A stretch of 64,000 nt of DNA from Hormiphora californensis (Eukaryota; Animalia; Ctenophora), in the NCBI GenBank assembly GCA_020137815.1, contig CM035350.1, forward strand, positions 10,292,001 through 10,356,000. Reading direction: 5' to 3'. Positions 45,016-55,203 of the stretch are shown piece after piece (within the stretch, counting starts at the first letter, position 1; each line of letters starts with the position of its first letter). The notes below the pieces were generated by a model. The model searched no databases. It worked only from the letters and a program-made list of their open reading frames with translations, and had not been told where the DNA came from. Made by a program: the position numbers and the translations under genes.

Positions 45016-46263
45016 ATGGAACCGCCCCTCATGGGCAGTCCGACGCTAATGGACGGGGTAGCCGCTTCTTCCTCCCATGTCCCTGATCCCACACACCAAC
45101 TCCAACAAGCGCTGATCAACGAGAACCTTCTTCACCTGTTGGACGAGGATTCTGAACTTCCTCCGAGAAACCCAGACCGAAAATCATTGTGGGCACTGCT
45201 AAAACAGTCATACCAGGCGGTATGTGCACTTACTGATGCTCTAGCTCTCAACACTCGCCAAACTCCTTCGTCCAATGAAAATGACCCTCTCGATAATCTC
45301 AATGTTATAGAAGACATGAACAATCACCTAGAAAAATTCAAGGAAGATATACTATCTGCAGTAACCGACAGAATTACTGCTGCGATGAAACCTCTGAACC
45401 AGGCAGCGCCATATGCTCATGCTACTGCTGCTGCTGCTGCTGCAACCCTTACGCCAGTCCGCACTCCTACCCTACCACCTAAACCGTCTTTCAGTGATAT
45501 TCCCAAACCAGCACTTCCGTGGCGAAAAATCTACATTGACTGTGAAGAGATTGATATCGACGAGGTCCAGAAGTTAAGTGAAAATGCTCTCTCCAAGACG
45601 AAAGTGTCAAGAATGGACAAAAAGAAAAACTTGGTCATCGTGACCGTACCAGAGAGTGAGGGTCAGAAAGCAGCTGACGCCCTTAGCACAGGTCTACGTA
45701 CTAAGACAGTAAGAGTGAGATCAGATCCAACAAGCAAACTCACGGTCCTAAATTTTCCCATCTCTGATTCTATTAATCAAGAAGACGATAGACGAAAACG
45801 AAGTGAAATCATCATAGAAGTCCTACAGGAGAAGAATCCAGAACTACAGGGCATTGCTGTGGATGTTGTGTCTTACAGAAAAAACTATCGGAATCCTGAA
45901 CTCGCTACCATCGGTCTACGCCTACCCACTCAAACAAAGAGACAACTCCTTCGCCAGAGGGTAGTCTTCGTTGGATACACTGCGTGTAACGTTGTCGACA
46001 GAGTACACGTGTTACAGTGCTACAATTGTCAAGGCTTCCATCACTCAGCAGCAGGCTGTGATCGAGACTCAGTGTGTGCACACTGCTCAAAAAACCACGA
46101 ATCAAAGGACTGTCCAGAAAAATCGAACACAGACTTTATTCCTTCATGTGTAAACTGTTCCCTGAATGGAAAGTCAAAGGACGATGTCTCCCACCGGGCA
46201 AACAGCACTGAGTGTCCGGCATACAAAGCTATATATGAAGCTACAAGGTCAAAAAACGAGTAG
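45016..46263 (+). CDS. LINE ORF1, gag-like nucleic-acid-binding protein with three zinc knuckles
   Basis: First in-frame ATG gives MEPPLM. Knuckles are CYNCQGFHHSAAGC, CAHCSKNHESKDC and CVNC..H......C. The ORF ends SKNE*. Confidence 0.88.
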   Translation: MEPPLMGSPTLMDGVAASSSHVPDPTHQLQQALINENLLHLLDEDSELPPRNPDRKSLWALLKQSYQAVCALTDALALNTRQTPSSNENDPLDNLNVIEDMNNHLEKFKEDILSAVTDRITAAMKPLNQAAPYAHATAAAAAATLTPVRTPTLPPKPSFSDIPKPALPWRKIYIDCEEIDIDEVQKLSENALSKTKVSRMDKKKNLVIVTVPESEGQKAADALSTGLRTKTVRVRSDPTSKLTVLNFPISDSINQEDDRRKRSEIIIEVLQEKNPELQGIAVDVVSYRKNYRNPELATIGLRLPTQTKRQLLRQRVVFVGYTACNVVDRVHVLQCYNCQGFHHSAAGCDRDSVCAHCSKNHESKDCPEKSNTDFIPSCVNCSLNGKSKDDVSHRANSTECPAYKAIYEATRSKNE

Positions 46264-49193
46264 AGGTAAAGTTGGCCACTCTGAACTGTTTTTCTCTGAG
46301 AAACAAGGTTGATGATATTTTACTGACTATCATAGACAATGATATTGATGCTGTTTGTTTGACCGAAACTTGGTTACATACTATTGAGAGTGCTATTGAG
46401 AGTCAAATTAGTGAGCTTGGGTATAGGTTAGTTAGTGTTGCACGTGGTTCTAGAGGGGGTGGTGTAGCTATTCTCATGAAAAACTCCTTTCATTTCACTC
46501 AGTTCAATCACTCTTTCTCATCAATGGAATGTATTGAATTATTGCTGACTCATTCAAACTGCATGCCGCTTCGATTACTTGGTGTATACCGCTCCCCATC
46601 CCAATCCCATTCGGTTTTCTTGGAGGAGTTCGAGACACTACTTCATGGTCTGGCTGAAAGGTCGGGAGAGGTCGTCATAACTGGTGATTTCAACATACAT
46701 GTACAGAACATACATGATAGTTTTGCCAAATCCTTCTGTGGACTCCTTGATGATCACTACTTTCACCAGTCGGTAAACACCGCCACTCATGTCTCAGGTG
46801 GAATACTCGATCTAGTTCTCACGAAGAATCTCCCTGATGCTCTTCCAATATCAAATCTTGCTGTAGAGATGACTCCTGCAGCTCCTGACCACGCACTGGT
46901 TTCGTTTAACCTTCCAATCGGGGCTCCAATTCAGCGGAAGGACTTCATCTCCATTCAACGACGGGATATCAAGAATTTGGATGTGGATGAACTTCGATGC
47001 ACCATACTGAAATCCCCACTCTGCGACACAGAAGAATTCCCTAGTGAACTGGTTGAGATCATTAAACTCTATGATGACCTTCTGTCCGAGTTTTTGGACG
47101 AACTTGCCCCGATTGAGAATAAGGTTGTTCCAGAAAATCCTAGCCCTCCCTGGTTTAATAGTGACTGTCAGGCGGCAAAACGGCGACGCAGGAAAGCCGA
47201 GCGTGATTTCAAGGCGTTACTGAAGAGAGATGTTCCCTCGCATATACTGGTTGAATCTCTGAGGAATCTCAGACGGGAGGCGAAAGAGGCATCACGGTTC
47301 ATCACTTCAACCAGAGACGACTACTATCGGAGGAAACTGGAAGAGGCTGGGAATGACCAATCGGTAATATATCGAATTACGAATGGATTACTTGGCAAGG
47401 AGAAGAATCCGAGCACACTACCGGAACATGATGACCCAGTTGATCTCTGTCAAAAATTCATTCAGTATTTCAAGGAAAAAGTGGACAAAATCTATTTGGA
47501 CATCAAGAAACTACGGACAGAAGACGTCACCAGAGGACCCGAAACTCCCAGCCCACCACAACTCGATTCCTTTCGTGCATTATCTAGTGAGGAGCTAGTT
47601 AAAATTGTTCGATCAATGAACTACAAACAATGTGACCTTGACCCTCTACCATCAAAACTGGTCGGAGAATGCATCCACGAACTGATGCCGATAATATTGG
47701 CTATTGTCAACGGTAGCCTTACTAGTGGAGTGTTTCCCTCTACATTGAAAAAGGCCATGATACGACCGGTTTACAAAGGGAAAGGACTCGACTCGAACAG
47801 CATGTCAAGTTATCGACCGATTTCTAATCTGAGTTTTATCTCAAAGATTATTGAAAAGTGCGTTGCTCTACAGATTACAGAACATCTGGAAAGCCATGGA
47901 CTTCTTGCCTCAGTTCAATCGGCATACAGACAGAAGCACTCCTGTGAAACAGCAACACTACGTATATTCAATGATCTGCTAGTTCTCACTGATAAACGGA
48001 ATAAGGCCGTTCTTCTCCTCTTGGATCTATCCGCTGCTTTCGACACAGTCCCTCACAACATTCTCATTAGCCGATTGGACAAGATGTATGGAATCAAAGG
48101 GGTGGCTCTTGAGTGGTTCCAGTCATATCTGAAAGACCGGGTAGCAGTTGTCAAAATTGGCAAAAGTCAATCACTTCCTGTTAACATCGAAATAGGTGTA
48201 CCGCAGGGATCCATCCTCGGTCCGTTACTTTTTATTCTGTTCACTAAGGACTTGGAAGCTATAGCGGCACGACACAAAACCAAGATTCACCTCTACGCTG
48301 ACGATTCTCAGCTCTATGTCAGCTTCACAAACGATGCCTGGAACGAATGTGAGTCTCAACTCAAAAAATGTTTCTTGGAAATTAAAGCATGGATGGCATC
48401 CAGTTACCTGAAACTAAACCCGGCAAAAACTGAGTTGATGTTCATTTCCTCTCGAACTGATAATAGTCCAAACCCACTGGATTATTCAGATCCTCTAACA
48501 TTGTGTGATGAGGAAGGACCCCTCTCGGCGACCATCTTTCCCTCCCGGAGTGCCAAGAATCTGGGTGTTGTCTTTGATGAAAAACTTACCATGAAAGAAC
48601 ATGTTTCAAAAGTTGTGAAGGAATGTAACTATAACCTTGTCAACCTCCGTAGAATTGGAAACAAGCTACAGAGAAGACACAAGGTTCAGCTGGTCCATTC
48701 GCTCATCCACTCTCGTCTGGACTACTGTAACGGCTTACTAATTGGTGCCGATAAATGTGACATTGCCAGATTGCAAAAAGTGCAGAACGCAGCGACTCGC
48801 TTTGTGTTTGGAAGGTGGCAGTGGAGGGGAGTTACAGACCTCAGGCGGCAATTACACTTTCTTCCAGTTGATGCTAGAATTGAATTTAAAATCTGTCTCA
48901 TGGTTTTCAAGTGTCTAAACAATCAAGCACCACAATATCTTCAAAATCTAATAAACAAACGTCAGAGGAAAGGAAAATCACTACGTCACGACGGTGATCT
49001 GACCCTTTTGGAAAGGGATTTTTCAACCAAGTACAAAACCACACAGCGTGCATTTCAAGTTTCAGGCCCGAGGATCTGGAATCAACTTCCCATTGACATT
49101 CGCAACTGTTCAGACGAGGAAACTTTCAAATCCAGACTCAAAACCCACCTGTTTGAAAAGTCGTATGGTGTTTGGGATGGACTGTCCCATTAA
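46239..49193 (+). CDS. LINE ORF2, APE endonuclease + reverse transcriptase (no ATG before the endonuclease motifs)
   Basis: Endonuclease motifs LNCFSL, CLTETW, GGGVAI, VYRSP, GDFNIH, LDLV and DH. RT motifs YRPISNL, QSAYR, DLSAAFDTV, GVPQGSILGP and YADDSQLY. L2-type C-terminus SRLDYCN..LQKVQNAA..LHFLPV..FKSRLKTHLF. Confidence 0.95.
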   Translation, partial: SYKVKKRVEVKLATLNCFSLRNKVDDILLTIIDNDIDAVCLTETWLHTIESAIESQISELGYRLVSVARGSRGGGVAILMKNSFHFTQFNHSFSSMECIELLLTHSNCMPLRLLGVYRSPSQSHSVFLEEFETLLHGLAERSGEVVITGDFNIHVQNIHDSFAKSFCGLLDDHYFHQSVNTATHVSGGILDLVLTKNLPDALPISNLAVEMTPAAPDHALVSFNLPIGAPIQRKDFISIQRRDIKNLDVDELRCTILKSPLCDTEEFPSELVEIIKLYDDLLSEFLDELAPIENKVVPENPSPPWFNSDCQAAKRRRRKAERDFKALLKRDVPSHILVESLRNLRREAKEASRFITSTRDDYYRRKLEEAGNDQSVIYRITNGLLGKEKNPSTLPEHDDPVDLCQKFIQYFKEKVDKIYLDIKKLRTEDVTRGPETPSPPQLDSFRALSSEELVKIVRSMNYKQCDLDPLPSKLVGECIHELMPIILAIVNGSLTSGVFPSTLKKAMIRPVYKGKGLDSNSMSSYRPISNLSFISKIIEKCVALQITEHLESHGLLASVQSAYRQKHSCETATLRIFNDLLVLTDKRNKAVLLLLDLSAAFDTVPHNILISRLDKMYGIKGVALEWFQSYLKDRVAVVKIGKSQSLPVNIEIGVPQGSILGPLLFILFTKDLEAIAARHKTKIHLYADDSQLYVSFTNDAWNECESQLKKCFLEIKAWMASSYLKLNPAKTELMFISSRTDNSPNPLDYSDPLTLCDEEGPLSATIFPSRSAKNLGVVFDEKLTMKEHVSKVVKECNYNLVNLRRIGNKLQRRHKVQLVHSLIHSRLDYCNGLLIGADKCDIARLQKVQNAATRFVFGRWQWRGVTDLRRQLHFLPVDARIEFKICLMVFKCLNNQAPQYLQNLINKRQRKGKSLRHDGDLTLLERDFSTKYKTTQRAFQVSGPRIWNQLPIDIRNCSDEETFKSRLKTHLFEKSYGVWDGLSH

Positions 49194-50276
49194 TTTATGT
49201 GTACATCTATACGTCCGCTGCATGCATTGAGCTTCAGAATTATGGAGCAGTGATTCGCTCCACTCTTTTATTTCGTGATTAATCTCTTTTCTATGTAACT
49301 TATTACATTGATTTAACATATATTTTCATACATATAATTATTTCTTACTTAATCAAAAACATTAATTTATTATCTAATTATTATCATCATATCTGGGCTA
49401 TTAATATCACTCATATCATCTTTCTTTTCCACTTTGGGTTCACCGCTTTAGAAGGCTGGTAGGAGTGCTCTGGCGCTCATCGAGTAATTTTGTATGACGT
49501 TTATCACTCTTACTATTATTAGTCAAAAAGCGGGATGTTAAATGTACATTTTGATTGATTGATTGATTGACTTTTTCGCCGCGGCGCTCAGTTCTCACAA
49601 TTGTGCAGCACACAATCCAATATTTTCTTGCAAATAGCACCTGTGCGCAGCACGCGCCGCTCTGGGTGTAACGACTGAGTAACGACTGTGTAAACGCTGT
49701 GTAAGTACTGAACTTTTTTAGGGATCCCTATTGCTAACAACTCATTGATTTTAGCGGTCGAGACGGGTTAGGGCTGTTGTTAGGGTCGAGTTAGGATTTT
49801 GTTTGGGGTTATCGGTTAGGGCTATCGATTCTCTATCAGATACCGTTTAGAATACTCGAATTGGCCATAATAAGTCGGTCCGGAAAATAAAAGTGTACTC
49901 TTTTTGCTACCGTGCGGCGTGCACCTGTAAACAGACTGCAAGGCACCCAGATTATAATCGCGCCATGTTAAATCCCTCACTTGGTATTATGAAACTTCGC
50001 ACGGTCATTGCTCCACCCCCTGATGAGATTGAGGTTAGGTAGATTATGTCGAGTTCTTCAAGTCTATCTCATCAGGGAGTGGAGTTATGCACGTGGCTTT
50101 TTGTGGTAGATAATAGGCAAAAACATCATAAATCAGTTTTTGAACTAAAACAATACTATGGTACACCCGCACACGTGTTCCTTTTAAGTTTTATCACATG
50201 TTTTTGTCTCGAACACAAGAAGGATGAATATTACTCATACAGGTTACCGAATTAACCCACGTGTCACTTTTTGATT

Positions 50277-52274
50277 CTACTGACTAGATTTTTCATCAAT
50301 TTTCCTGCTTTCACGACGACCCTTCATGTCCTGTAGTTCGATGCTGGCAGTCTGTGCAACATGGATGATTCCTAGTGAGCTGGCGATCTTTCTGTTCCAC
50401 CTGAGAAGCACCCTAATAACAGCGTCCCCATTGTAAATGATGGGGTTGAGGACGCTATTGATTGGGATCAGGAGGATGGAGCAGAACTCATAGAGATTAT
50501 TGCCATCCCAAATACCGTTGTAATGCAGGAACGACAGTGTAATGAATGGGATCCAGGTAGCAAAGTCTGTTGCTATAATCAGAGATATCTTCCTCTGGAG
50601 CCGCCTCATCGATGATCTGCTCTGTTTAGATTCAGAAGTCCCCGCATCTTTTGATGTTTGTTGTGTGTGGGCGATGATCAGGGCATAGCTGATTGTGATG
50701 ATGATGAAGCACACTAGGTTACTGCTCAACACGTAGATGGAGTAGAGATGCTGGGGGTCAGTATCCTTTACGAAGTATTTGAAGAGACAAACACCGCTAT
50801 TGCCATAGAAACCAATACTCATCGACAAATCAGTATACGGGAACGTTTGATTACAACTTGTGTAAGCTGGATCTGTTTCCTGAAAGATGAACGCAATGAG
50901 CCTCCTCCAATTATCCCATGTCATTTCATCACTGTTGTACCCAGAGCCAGGGAGATATGCAGCGAAACTAGTGTTCAGTTCACTCTTTGATTTACTGTCG
51001 GTGATAACGGGGTTACCCTTATAATACAGTCCGTTAACAAAGTAGTCCTCGAACACCTTGAGGATGGGGATGAGGCCTATTGCGAGGGAGTAGGTAACAA
51101 TAGTAACTACTGTTAGGACAATAAGCAGGACCTTCTTCTTACTGAGGGAGGAGAATATCAACATTGTCTTGATGGAGATCAGCCTGAAAACAGATAACAA
51201 TGTCATAGAGAGGAGAGATAGCTGGTTACCAAATGTGCTAACTACACCAATAAACCCGCAGGGGTCACTAGAGAGCCATATCAGCCTATCCTTGCAGTAA
51301 TCTTCACCATAATGCTGGTCGTAAGAGAAGACCAGTACCATATATATCCCCACAGAGAAGTCACCCAGAGCGATGTTGAACTTGCCATGACGCCAGGCAG
51401 ACAGGGGGCTGCAAAGACATGGGTGTTCTCCGATAGAGAGCCATCCAGCCTCTCCGAGCTGGAACTACACGCACTCTCCTCCTCGCTTGGATAACCGTTC
51501 TCCACTACTGGACAGTCTACATAACCATCACAGAACTTGTCTGATTGGATGCTGAAGAAGATTAGTTCAACGCCCCAGGGGCACCGGTACATGGTGTCGT
51601 TTACTGTACCGATGGTATTGATGTACCGGTAGTAGTTAGTTGTGACATCATCTATGATAAGACAATCCTCATCCTCGCCATCGTCACACACCCTCTCCAG
51701 ATCACATTCCAATGTCTCGTCTATTGATGTTTTGTAGCCGCTCACTGCACAGTACAGATTTGTTTCAGCAGTGTGGTCGGATGTACAGTTGACCCATGTT
51801 CTCCACTTGTCGTCACAATACACATTGGTCTCTTGGTAGTTGAATGCGTCACACAGTTGAAACGTATATACGGTGTTGCTGAAAAGGGTGAATTAGGGGA
51901 TGAAAGGTATAGACGGTGTTGCTGAAAGGGGTGAATTAGGGGATGGAACGTATAGACGGTGTTGCTGAAAAGGGGGTGAATTAGGGGATGGAACGTATAT
52001 ACGGTGTTGCTGAAAAGGGGGTGAATTAGGGGAAGGGAGGCAAAGGAACACACACTATAAGTTTCCGGGCGGGGGATTAAGATGATATAAGTGATATATT
52101 TACACGCTGGATTGTTTAGAAGCTGGATGTATTGTTACCTGGTCCCATTAAGAGTACAGTTAAGGGCCTCATATTCAGTGGTACAAAGTTCTGACGTGGT
52201 GACTGTAGTGCTGGAGCAAATTAGATCAGAGAAACAGTAGTTTTTAGGTGGGATCCATTTCGTTAACTTGTTGC
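50277..52274 (-). pseudogene. LDLa-GPCR copy A with a frameshifting ~640 bp internal deletion (lacks late LDLa repeats and TM1)
   Basis: Near-identical to 52921-54017 at the 3' end. At ~51375 it jumps to sequence matching 54659 onward. An upstream exon lies at ~52139-52274 (NKLTKWIPPKNYCFSDLIC). Confidence 0.75.
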
Positions 52275-52920
52275 TGGAAGGGAGAATTGTTATGCACGCG
52301 CCGCTCTGGGTGTAACGACTGAGTAACGACTGTGTAAACGCTGTGTAAGTACTGAACTTTTTTAGGGATCCCTATTGCTAACAACTCATTGATTTTAGCG
52401 GTCGAGACGGGTTAGGGCTGTTGTTAGGGTCGAGTTAGGATTTTGTTTGGGGTTATCGGTTAGGGCTATCGATTCTCTATCAGATACCGTTTAGAATACT
52501 CGAATTGGCCATAATAAGTCGGTCCGGAAAATAAAAGTGTACTCTTTTTGCTACCGTGCGGCGTGCACCTGTAAACAGACTGCAAGGCACCCAGATTATA
52601 ATCGCGCCATGTTAAATCCCTCACTTGGTATTATGAAACTTCGCACGGTCATTGCTCCACCCCCTGATGAGATTGAGGTTAGGTAGATTATGTCGAGTTC
52701 TTCAAGTCTATCTCATCAGGGAGTGGAGTTATGCACGTGGCTTTTTGTGGTAGATAATAGGCAAAAACATCATAAATCAGTTTTTGAACTAAAACAATAC
52801 TATGGTACACCCGCACACGTGTTCCTTTTAAGTTTTATCACATGTTTTTGTCTCGAACACAAGAAGGATGAATATTACTCATACAGGTTACCGAATTAAC
52901 CCACGTGTCACTTTTTGATT

Positions 52921-55171
52921 CTACTGACTAGATTTTTCATCAATTTTCCTGCTTTCACGACGACCCTTCATGTCCTGTAGTTCGATGCTGGCAGTCTGTG
53001 CAACATGGATGATTCCTAGTGAGCTGGCGATCTTTCTGTTCCACCTGAGAAGCACCCTAATAACAGCGTCCCCATTGTAAATGATGGGGTTGAGGACGCT
53101 ATTGATTGGGATCAGGAGGATGGAGCAGAACTCATAGAGATTATTGCCATCCCAAATACCGTTGTAATGCAGGAACGACAGTGTAATGAATGGGATCCAG
53201 GTAGCAAAGTCTGTTGCTATAATCAGAGATATCTTCCTCTGGAGCCGCCTCATCGATGATCTGCTCTGTTTAGATTCAGAAGTCCCCGCATCTTTTGATG
53301 TTTGTTGTGTGTGGGCGATGATCAGGGCATAGCTGATTGTGATGATGATGAAGCACACTAGGTTACTGCTCAACACGTAGATGGAGTAGAGATGCTGGGG
53401 GTCAGTATCCTTACGAAGTATTTGAAGAGACAAACACCGCTATTGCCATAGAAACCAATACTCATCGACAAATCAGTATACGGGAACGTTTGATTACAAC
53501 TTGTGTAAGCTGGATCTGTTTCCTGAAAGATGAACGCAATGAGCCTCCTCCAATTATCCCATGTCATTTCATCACTGTTGTACCCAGAGCCAGGGAGATA
53601 TGCAGCGAAACTAGTGTTCAGTTCACTCTTTGATTTACTGTCGGTGATAACGGGGTTACCCTTATAATACAGTCCGTTAACAAAGTAGTCTTCGAACACC
53701 TTGAGGATGGGGATGAGGCCTATTGCGAGGGAGTAGGTAACAATAGTAACTACTGTCAGGACAATAAGCAGGACCTTCTTCTTACTGAGGGAAGAGAATA
53801 TCAACATTGTCTTGATGGAGATCAGCCTGAAAACAGATAACAATGTCATAGAGAGGAGAGATAGCTGGTTACCAAATGTGCTAACTACACCAATAAACCC
53901 GCAGGGGTCACTAGAGAGCCATATCAGCCTATCCTTGCAGTAATCTTCACCATAATGCTGGTCGTAAGAGAAGACCAGTACCATATATATCCCCACAGAG
54001 AAGTCACCCAGAGCGATCAGTGCCACAAGGATGTCGTTTGTTAGCAGGCTAAATGAAATGTCCTTTGTCGTCAATAGCATCTTGAAAAACATTACCAGGG
54101 ATACTAAGTTGACGACGAGAGAGAAGAGGCCAAAAGTGATTGCGATGCCCCTATAAAAAGGGGTCGTAATCATCCGCCAGACGACAGTGCTGTCCTTGCA
54201 TCCCTCATCACACTCGTCGCTCTTATCAGTACAGTCAAACACCGTGTCGCACACCTGAGTCTTCTTAATAGTTGTGTTATCCGTCCCACAGGTGAAACGA
54301 TTCAGACAGTTCTTCTCGTCCGAGTCATCACCACAGTCATTAATGTAGTCACACACCTTGCTTGAAGCGATCATGATATCGTTGGAGCAAGTGAATATCG
54401 TGTCGGTTGCACTTCCATTGTAAAGCAAGGAGCCAACATCAGACAGGTTATTGAAGAGAGAGTACACTGTGGTGTATCCACTCAGACCCTCTGTTGTAGT
54501 ATCCAGATCTTCAGAGTAGTCCAGTGTGTCGCAGAGATCTGCTGTCACTGCAAGTACATAAACCTCCCCTCCCGTGTTAGGCGCAGTCAAAAGAGGCATG
54601 ATCGTAGTGGAGGTACTTGGTTATACCATACCCCAGTTCAACTTCTATCACAGTGCATGTTGAACTTGCCATGACGCCAGGCAGACAGGGGGCTGCAAAG
54701 ACATGGGTGTTCTCTGATAGATACCCATCCAGCCTCTCCGAGCTGGAACTACACGCGCTCTCCTCCTCACTAGGATAACCGTTCTCCACCACTGGGCAAT
54801 CTACATAACCATCACAGAACTTGTCTGATTGGATGGTAAAGAAGATGAGTTCTACCCCCCAGGGGCACCGGTACATGGTGTAGTCCTCCTCTACTTTGTC
54901 ATTGATAGTGTTGATGTACCGGTAATAGTTAGTAGTAACATCATCTATGATAAGACAGTCCTCATCTTCACCGTCGTCACACACCCTCTCCAGATCACAT
55001 TCCAATGTCTCGTCTATTGATGTTTTGTAGCCGCCCACTGCACAGTACAGATTTGTTTCATCAGTGTGGTCGGATGTACAGTTGACCCATGTTCTCCACT
55101 TGTCGTCACAATACACATTGGTCTCTTGGTAGTTGAACGCATCACACAGTTGAAACGTATAGACGGTGTTG
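52921..55171 (-). CDS. LDLa-GPCR copy B, large terminal exon; 5' exons absent
   Basis: LDLa repeats (CDYINDCGDDSDE, CDTVFDCTDKSDE) and 7TM motifs ALGDFSVGIY, FYGNSGVCLFKYF, IATDFATWIPF and PINSVLNPIIY. Single-base frameshifts at ~53410 and ~54590. Confidence 0.8.
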
Positions 55172-55203
55172 CTGAAAAGGGTGAATTTGGGGCCAGTTTT
55201 TAG

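Larger units (their letters stand above)
44950..49570 (+). mobile_element. Apparently intact L2-group non-LTR retrotransposon (LINE)
   Basis: ORF1 and ORF2 are uninterrupted, and the 3' UTR ends aaagcgggatgttaaatgtacatt(ttga)5. The 5' boundary is approximate, with a possible short TSD tttcgc. Confidence 0.92.
44850..49728. mobile_element. TA-flanked TIR element (~71 bp TIRs) enclosing a complete LINE
   Basis: TA|GGGATCCCTAAAAAAGTTCAG...ACCCAGAGCG (44850-44920) and its reverse complement at 49658-49728|TA differ by 2 mismatches. Confidence 0.85.

Noticed and set aside
44923-49677. 25 bp direct repeat cgcgccgctctgggtgtaacgactg as the LINE target-site duplication
   Set aside because: The LINE tail ends at ~49570, about 80 bp before the second copy. 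The repeat is better explained as the MITE's internal copy of its TIR segment.
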